Program-made: the position numbers and the translations under genes | The notes under the pieces: generated by a model | Told to the model about the DNA's origin: nothing | What the model saw: the letters and a program-made list of their open reading frames with translations, nothing else | Database searches by the model: none | DNA from: Promethearchaeota archaeon | GTDB taxonomy: Archaea > Asgardarchaeota > Lokiarchaeia > Sigyniarchaeales > SOKP01 | Length of the DNA: 32,000 bases | Direction of reading: 5' to 3' | Assembly (NCBI GenBank): GCA_030606485.1 | Contig: JAUWGH010000005.1 | Span: 90,001 to 122,000 of the forward strand | Part shown: piece by piece, positions 26,705 to 32,000 of the stretch | How the letters are laid out: every line of letters begins with the position of its first letter | How positions within the stretch are numbered: the first letter of the stretch is position 1

Positions 26705-26953
26705 CTAAAAAAATTTTCTCACTAAAGCTGGAAGATCATTTAAAATATCATCAGAAATCTTGTTTGCCTTCAATTTTATGATTAGGCTTTTATTTTCAAT
26801 TCCTTTAGACTTTAACTTGATATTAATCATATGCATCTCTGAAGCATTTCCACCATTGCCCGACCAATGCTCTTCCATTCGATTAGCAATTACAACACTT
26901 CTTTTTTTATCAGACTTTTCACTATTAAAATTCATTTTCTTATTATCTGACAA
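26705..26953 (-). CDS. Hypothetical protein
   Basis: 82-aa ORF filling an intergenic space on the same strand as its neighbours; no recognisable motif. Confidence 0.5.
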   Translation of the reverse strand: MSDNKKMNFNSEKSDKKRSVVIANRMEEHWSGNGGNASEMHMINIKLKSKGIENKSLIIKLKANKISDDILNDLPALVRKFF

Positions 26954-27111
26954 TTAAATCAAATCATAGTTCTTTTTTGTTTCATCAATATCTATATTTT
27001 TAAATAAAACTAAAATTTCTACACAGAATTGACATTATTTTTTGAAATAAATTTATTATAAATTAGTTTGAACAAGAAATATTGGTCAATATTTGAATTT
27101 CATATTAAAAT

Positions 27112-27570
27112 TCATATGATATCGTTAAAAAAATCGGTAATTTTAATCAATTTATTTGTATTCATATCCATAATTAATCTCACGATTGAACCTTTAACTA
27201 AAAGTGTATCTTTTGATTTTGTATTTTTATAACAGTCCATAGCAAGTGTTACCGAAGTATTCCCTACTTTCAAAATTCGAGTGTGAATTAAAATTTTATC
27301 TCCAAAAGTAGCTGATTTTAAATATTCAATTTCAACCTTTCTCACTGGGAATACGATACCCTCTTTATGTAAGGTGCCACAATCTTTCCCTAATTTTTGA
27401 GTAAAACTAATAAAACCATCGTCAAAATAATTGAGATATTTATTTGAATGAACAACTTGCATTAAGTCGGTATCATCCACTCGTACTTCAATTTCTTTAA
27501 AGTCTTCAATTCCAAGTAGTTTTTCAATTATTTTTTTCTCTCTTTCTTCATTTGGGGACATAAATTTCAA
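27112..27570 (-). CDS. Acyl-CoA thioesterase (4HBT/YbgC hotdog family), copy 2
   Basis: VRVDDTDLMQVVHSNKYLNYFD, FPVRKVEIEYLKSATFGD, KVGNTS. Confidence 0.88.
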   Translation of the reverse strand: MKFMSPNEEREKKIIEKLLGIEDFKEIEVRVDDTDLMQVVHSNKYLNYFDDGFISFTQKLGKDCGTLHKEGIVFPVRKVEIEYLKSATFGDKILIHTRILKVGNTSVTLAMDCYKNTKSKDTLLVKGSIVRLIMDMNTNKLIKITDFFNDII

Positions 27571-27653
27571 ACCATACTATCTTTATTTATTTTCTAATTA
27601 GAATTTTTCGTTAAATACTATTGATTTTAACAGATTTAAGTTAATAAATGAAA

Positions 27654-28106
27654 TTAGATCAAATGTTTAAAAAATTCAGTTATTTTAATCAATTTATTGG
27701 TATTCATATCCATAATTAATCTCACCATTACACCTTTGGTTAATAATACATTATCTGATTTTCTATAGCATTTGTGAGCAAATGTCATAGAAGTATTACC
27801 AACTTTTAAAAGACGACTATGAACTTTTATAATATCCCCAAAAATGGCAGAATTTGCATATTCAATTTCAACTTTTTTCACAGGAAATACAATACCATTT
27901 TTAACAGATTCGAATACATTAAAATTTAATTTAGAGGTAATACTCACAAATCCAAAATCAAAATAATTTAAATATTCATTAAAATGCACGATGGACATAA
28001 AATCTACATCCTCAGCTCTAACGGGAACTTCTGTATAATCTTCTATTTCCAGTAGTTTTTCCTTGATTCGTTTCTCTCTTTCTTCATTGGCAGACATTTG
28101 AATCAA
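27654..28106 (-). CDS. Acyl-CoA thioesterase (4HBT/YbgC hotdog family), copy 1
   Basis: VRAEDVDFMSIVHFNEYLNYFD, FPVKKVEIEYANSAIFGD, KVGNTS. The start may be the ATG three codons in. Confidence 0.88.
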   Translation of the reverse strand: MIQMSANEEREKRIKEKLLEIEDYTEVPVRAEDVDFMSIVHFNEYLNYFDFGFVSITSKLNFNVFESVKNGIVFPVKKVEIEYANSAIFGDIIKVHSRLLKVGNTSMTFAHKCYRKSDNVLLTKGVMVRLIMDMNTNKLIKITEFFKHLI

Positions 28107-28206
28107 AAATTATTATTTCTAATTATTCTTTTTAATTTCACATTAATTTTAATTTTATTGAATGAAAATTAAACAAATTAATATATTTTTAAACTGATCT
28201 TAATAT

Positions 28207-28542
28207 GTGAGCGAACCTAGGAAATATAACTTAACTTTAAGCGGAATTTATTTCATTAATTGTTTATTAATGTTAATTAAGTTTTTTCCATATTCCGAAT
28301 TTATAGATATTATTGGCCTAGTTTGGCCAATTTTTGGCTTCTGGGCGATTTTAGAGTTTTTAAGGAAGGATCGCTGGGGTTGGGGCGGAATAATTTCCCA
28401 ACCTTTTTTATTTTATTGTGCAATTTATTTTCCAATAATTGTAATCATTAATTTGATTAGTTTATCTTTTACAGCAGATTTTTTTATAGATTTGACTCTC
28501 GCTATTTTAGGTGTAATTCAAATGATTATATACTATGATTAA
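28207..28542 (+). CDS. Hypothetical small membrane protein (3-4 TM)
   Basis: 111-aa hydrophobic ORF, GTG start, 29 nt upstream of the GH38 gene. Confidence 0.6.
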   Translation: MSEPRKYNLTLSGIYFINCLLMLIKFFPYSEFIDIIGLVWPIFGFWAILEFLRKDRWGWGGIISQPFLFYCAIYFPIIVIINLISLSFTADFFIDLTLAILGVIQMIIYYD

Positions 28543-28571
28543 AAAAGTATATAGAAGTAAGGCTTTAAAAA

Positions 28572-31289
28572 ATGGGAAAAAAAATATTTTTAACTCCACA
28601 TTCTCACTATGATTATTTATGGTGTGATACACCAGACGGAATGGGCAGTAAAAATGCAAAATTAATAAAAGAAGCCTTACTGATTATGCGAAAGCACGAA
28701 AATTATCGTTATATTATTGATTCAGTGATGGCATGTGAATATTTTCGTATAAATCATCCTGAAATGTGGGAAGAACTCCAACAGAGGGTGAAAGAAAGAA
28801 AAATTGAGTTAATTGGTGGAGATATTGTAGCTCCGGATACTCTCTTACCCAACGGGGAAAGCCTTGTAAGACAATTTTTATATGGTTGTAGGTATTTTAA
28901 AAAACATTTTGGAATCGATTCAAAGATTGCATATCTTATTGATTCATTTGGTCAAACACCCCAACTTCCGCAGATATTAAAAAAAGCTGGTTTTGAATTT
29001 TTTATTTTTGTTAGAGGAGCAAGAAATAGAAGGCTCCCACAAGAATTTTGGTGGAAAAGTTTCGATGGGTCTAAAATTCTTACTCATTGGATGTATTCAA
29101 CTTATACATATATTCCTCCTCCTTTTGCAATGACGATTTTACCTCCTATTTTTCCATTCTTTCTGATTCCTGGAACTTTACAAATAATTCCACAAAATTT
29201 CAGAGTGTATGAATTTCTAATAAAAATTTTTCCTCCATTTAAATACATTTTTCGTAGATTATCAAATACCGGGTTAGGAATTTCTATATTCGGATTGGAT
29301 ATGGGGGGTCTAAAGTTTTCAATTAAAAATAGAATTGTTAGGTCAACTACTGATAACATTCTAATTTTAAATGGAACAGATAATCTTCCTCCAAGTACTA
29401 ATATCCTTGATGCAGTCGATTACTATAACAAAAAAAATAAGGAAAATAAAGTAATTATCGCAATTCCCTCAGAATTTCACTCTGCTCTAAAAAAATCAAG
29501 GAAGAAATTTGGTATTGTAGAAAACTATGAATTTTTAGGACCTCCAGATCTATTCCCAGGAACGTTTAGTAATCGACCTAAATTAAAGCAACAAATACGA
29601 TTCTTAGAGAATCAATTTTATTTAACAGAACTATTTTCGACATTATCCAATCTATTAAATAACACTCCTTATCCTAAAGAGGAAATTAGTAAGGCAATAA
29701 AGCGAATTCTTTGTTGTGATTTCCATGATGGAATAACCGGAGTTCATATAGATGCAGCATATGATAATATAATGAAGCAATTAAAACTTACAGAATTACA
29801 ATTAAAAAGACTATTTAAAAGTGCATTAAGTTATTTCATTAAAAATATTGATACATCTAATATTTTAAAAGAAGATATACCGCTCTTAATTTTCAATCCA
29901 CTGTCTTGGGAACGCACAAGCATTGAAAGAATAAACCTATCCAGTAAAATAAAAGAATTTATTATATTAAATCAAAATGGTAAACAAATCCCTTATCAAA
30001 AAGAAAAAATAAACGAGGAAAAAAAATCTTACATTTTCTTGGCTAAAGATATTCCTCCAATCGGTTATGCCTTATATTCCATTAGGAAAAACCAATCTTC
30101 AAATCAGGAACAATTTAATTTGGAACAAAAAAAATTCAACATTCTAACTATTGAAAATAATCTTCTAAAATTGAATTTTAAAGATGGAAAATTAATTAGT
30201 ATTTATAATAAAAAAGATAAATATGAGCTGAATTCAAATGGCAAATATTCAATTGGAGGGTTAAGAATCCATAATGATCGAGGAGATGGTTATTATATTG
30301 GAAGAATTGGAAAAGTCCATCATATGTATGATTTTCAACTAGAAGTTGTCGAAAAAGGACCAGTTAGAACCGTCGTTAAATTAAATGGGAAATTAAAATG
30401 CAAAAGTAAGATTTTATTTAAATCAATTAACGAAATCACTCAATATATCATAATTCCTAATTTTGGTGATGTAAGAATTGATTTTATTACTATCTTTTAC
30501 AATAACATAAGAAACATTCGTATTCAAGCCTGTTTTCCAATTCCTATATCAAACCCTACTATAAGATCAGAAATTCCATATGGATTTATTGAGCGAAATA
30601 TTGAACCAAAAGTGGGAAAATCATGGAAGGAAATAAATAAACATTTTGAACATTATGATAGAATAAAACCTGTTATTAATTGGATGGACTTTTCGAATAT
30701 TAAGGAGAAAAAAGGAGTTTCAATTATGAATTATGGAATACCAGAATATGAAATTGGTAAAAATAAAGACTCTTGCTATCTGACTCTCATGCGAAGTACT
30801 GGATTACTTTCAAATATAATATACGGAACCGTTCCTGCCATAGCTGGCCCTTTTTATCGGATTCCTAAAGCTTATGCAATTGGAGATCATACATTTAGAT
30901 ACTCTTTATATTTATATAATGGTGATTTTCCTAATAACCTTATAGCTAAAAAAGCTCAAAATTTTAACATACCCTTGATTGTTCGGAAGATCAAGCATAA
31001 TAAGGGCAAATTAGGAAGTGAATTTAGTCTTTTTTTAATTGAACCTAAAAATTTTATAGTATCATCAATAAAAAAACCTGAAGATGGAAATAATAGCCTC
31101 TTAATTAGATTATTAGAAACATCTGGAAAAAAATCAACAGGGGTAGTAAAATTCAATCAAAAAATTAAGAATGTTATAAAAGTGAATTTATTAGAACTCC
31201 CAATTGAGGAGATAAAGATTGAGAATGATAATTCCTTTACTTTTGGATCAAATCCACAAGAGATATTGAGTTTCATTATAAAAATATGA
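28572..31289 (+). CDS. GH38 alpha-mannosidase
   Basis: TPHSHYD, LPNGESLVRQFLYG, LIDSFGQTPQLPQIL (nucleophile Asp), FWWKSFDGS, CCDFHDGITG, SEIPYGFIER, LTLMRS, GDHTFRYSL, LIRLLE. Confidence 0.92.
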   Translation: MGKKIFLTPHSHYDYLWCDTPDGMGSKNAKLIKEALLIMRKHENYRYIIDSVMACEYFRINHPEMWEELQQRVKERKIELIGGDIVAPDTLLPNGESLVRQFLYGCRYFKKHFGIDSKIAYLIDSFGQTPQLPQILKKAGFEFFIFVRGARNRRLPQEFWWKSFDGSKILTHWMYSTYTYIPPPFAMTILPPIFPFFLIPGTLQIIPQNFRVYEFLIKIFPPFKYIFRRLSNTGLGISIFGLDMGGLKFSIKNRIVRSTTDNILILNGTDNLPPSTNILDAVDYYNKKNKENKVIIAIPSEFHSALKKSRKKFGIVENYEFLGPPDLFPGTFSNRPKLKQQIRFLENQFYLTELFSTLSNLLNNTPYPKEEISKAIKRILCCDFHDGITGVHIDAAYDNIMKQLKLTELQLKRLFKSALSYFIKNIDTSNILKEDIPLLIFNPLSWERTSIERINLSSKIKEFIILNQNGKQIPYQKEKINEEKKSYIFLAKDIPPIGYALYSIRKNQSSNQEQFNLEQKKFNILTIENNLLKLNFKDGKLISIYNKKDKYELNSNGKYSIGGLRIHNDRGDGYYIGRIGKVHHMYDFQLEVVEKGPVRTVVKLNGKLKCKSKILFKSINEITQYIIIPNFGDVRIDFITIFYNNIRNIRIQACFPIPISNPTIRSEIPYGFIERNIEPKVGKSWKEINKHFEHYDRIKPVINWMDFSNIKEKKGVSIMNYGIPEYEIGKNKDSCYLTLMRSTGLLSNIIYGTVPAIAGPFYRIPKAYAIGDHTFRYSLYLYNGDFPNNLIAKKAQNFNIPLIVRKIKHNKGKLGSEFSLFLIEPKNFIVSSIKKPEDGNNSLLIRLLETSGKKSTGVVKFNQKIKNVIKVNLLELPIEEIKIENDNSFTFGSNPQEILSFIIKI

Positions 31290-31310
31290 AATATTAATGC
31301 AACTAAAAAA

Positions 31311-32000
31311 TTAAATCAAAGAGCTTCCAACCATACTTGGATGTGCTTTTCTACCTAGCATTTGTAATAATGTTGGAACAATATCTGTTGTCGCACAATA
31401 AGGAATTTCTTTATGAGGAATTTCTGAAGAACCTCCAATTAATAAAGGCACAATTGCACAGTCTCTAAGACCCAAATCATGGAAATGAATATTGTCACTT
31501 TTTTGCTTACCATGGGCAATATTAAAAATAACACTCCCATCGGTGCTCAGGATAATATCACCACTTCGAGGGTTTTTAAAATGACGTGGAATTAAATCAG
31601 GATACATTGGAAAATCAAGATGATATGTGGCGTCCATCCATTCGTGATTTGAATGAAATTTACCATCTAGTAATTTACTGGCAGTTTCATCCTTTAAATA
31701 ACCAAATATATCATTATCATCATCTTCAGAAATGTATTTAGTCTTATAATCTATGTTTGTCCCTTTATATTCTATTTTACCAGTGTATATCTTTCCAGTT
31801 TTCTTATCTTTTCGTTTTAAATATACAATCCCTTTACGATGAGTATTGTTATCATCTTTATAATACATCAATTGACTGTGTTCAATATTAAATAATTTAT
31901 CTAATAGATTAACCCGTTTTGGTCCAAAATTTTCAAGCTCCTTCAAAATAGGCAGTCTCCATTGATATTTATTCTCTTGAAGTAAATTATTGCGTCCTCT
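31311..32000 (-). CDS. Alkaline phosphatase superfamily protein (nucleotide pyrophosphatase/phosphodiesterase-like), C-terminal part; start lies outside the window
   Basis: The frame is open from 31946 to position 32000. Motifs NPRSGDIILS, HG..HDLG....VPLLIGG, TTDIVPTLLQMLG. Confidence 0.75.
   Translation of the reverse strand, partial: RGRNNLLQENKYQWRLPILKELENFGPKRVNLLDKLFNIEHSQLMYYKDDNNTHRKGIVYLKRKDKKTGKIYTGKIEYKGTNIDYKTKYISEDDDNDIFGYLKDETASKLLDGKFHSNHEWMDATYHLDFPMYPDLIPRHFKNPRSGDIILSTDGSVIFNIAHGKQKSDNIHFHDLGLRDCAIVPLLIGGSSEIPHKEIPYCATTDIVPTLLQMLGRKAHPSMVGSSLI

Noticed and set aside
303-31156. Many short ORFs in the track overlapping larger genes, mostly antisense (e.g. 303-503, 1117-1347, 1374-1751, 4378-4596, 5644-5847, 5648-5860, 5959-6396, 7353-7583, 7866-8174, 10402-10587, 11294-11593, 13004-13216, 14205-14399, 15650-15856, 17765-17950, 18746-18958, 19277-19604, 20357-20668, 23107-23619, 24403-25196, 25455-25679, 26264-26470, 26760-26957, 29102-29359, 30956-31156)
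   Set aside because: They are shadows of well-supported genes on the opposite strand or in another frame, with no motifs of their own.

Overview
AT-rich archaeal chromosomal segment. It is most consistent with an Asgard/Lokiarchaeia-like anaerobe; this is inferred from gene content and composition, and no marker gene is present. I found no rRNA, tRNA, CRISPR array or mobile element. Left to right: partial ZIP metal transporter and GYD protein; a + strand run of thioredoxin, catalytically degenerate GH38-like protein, sirtuin, anaerobic sulfatase maturase and a frameshifted DUF2085-like gene; a LITAF-like zinc-ribbon membrane protein; and an FAH hydrolase. Next is a 7-gene minus-strand cluster (7808-14950): HAD phosphatase, tandem two-domain PlsC acyltransferase, two DUF2229/2-hydroxyacyl-CoA-dehydratase-like Fe-S subunits, a BadF/HgdC-type activase, a 64-aa protein and a His-less PlsC paralogue. 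This is the standout feature. It resembles a split plasmalogen-synthase (PlsA/PlsR) or glycerol-ester-reductase system embedded among bacterial-type glycerolipid acyltransferases in an archaeon. Further right: a frameshifted GT-C-like gene; an inactive-RadA/arCOG07300-like/PolB2 cassette; a methyltransferase; a DapL-like aminotransferase; a DUF134/DUF5320/NifX/Fe-S MinD-ATPase/IscU cluster with visible operator palindromes; two duplicated thioesterases; an intact GH38 alpha-mannosidase; and a partial alkaline-phosphatase-superfamily gene. All family calls come from motif recognition, not database searches.
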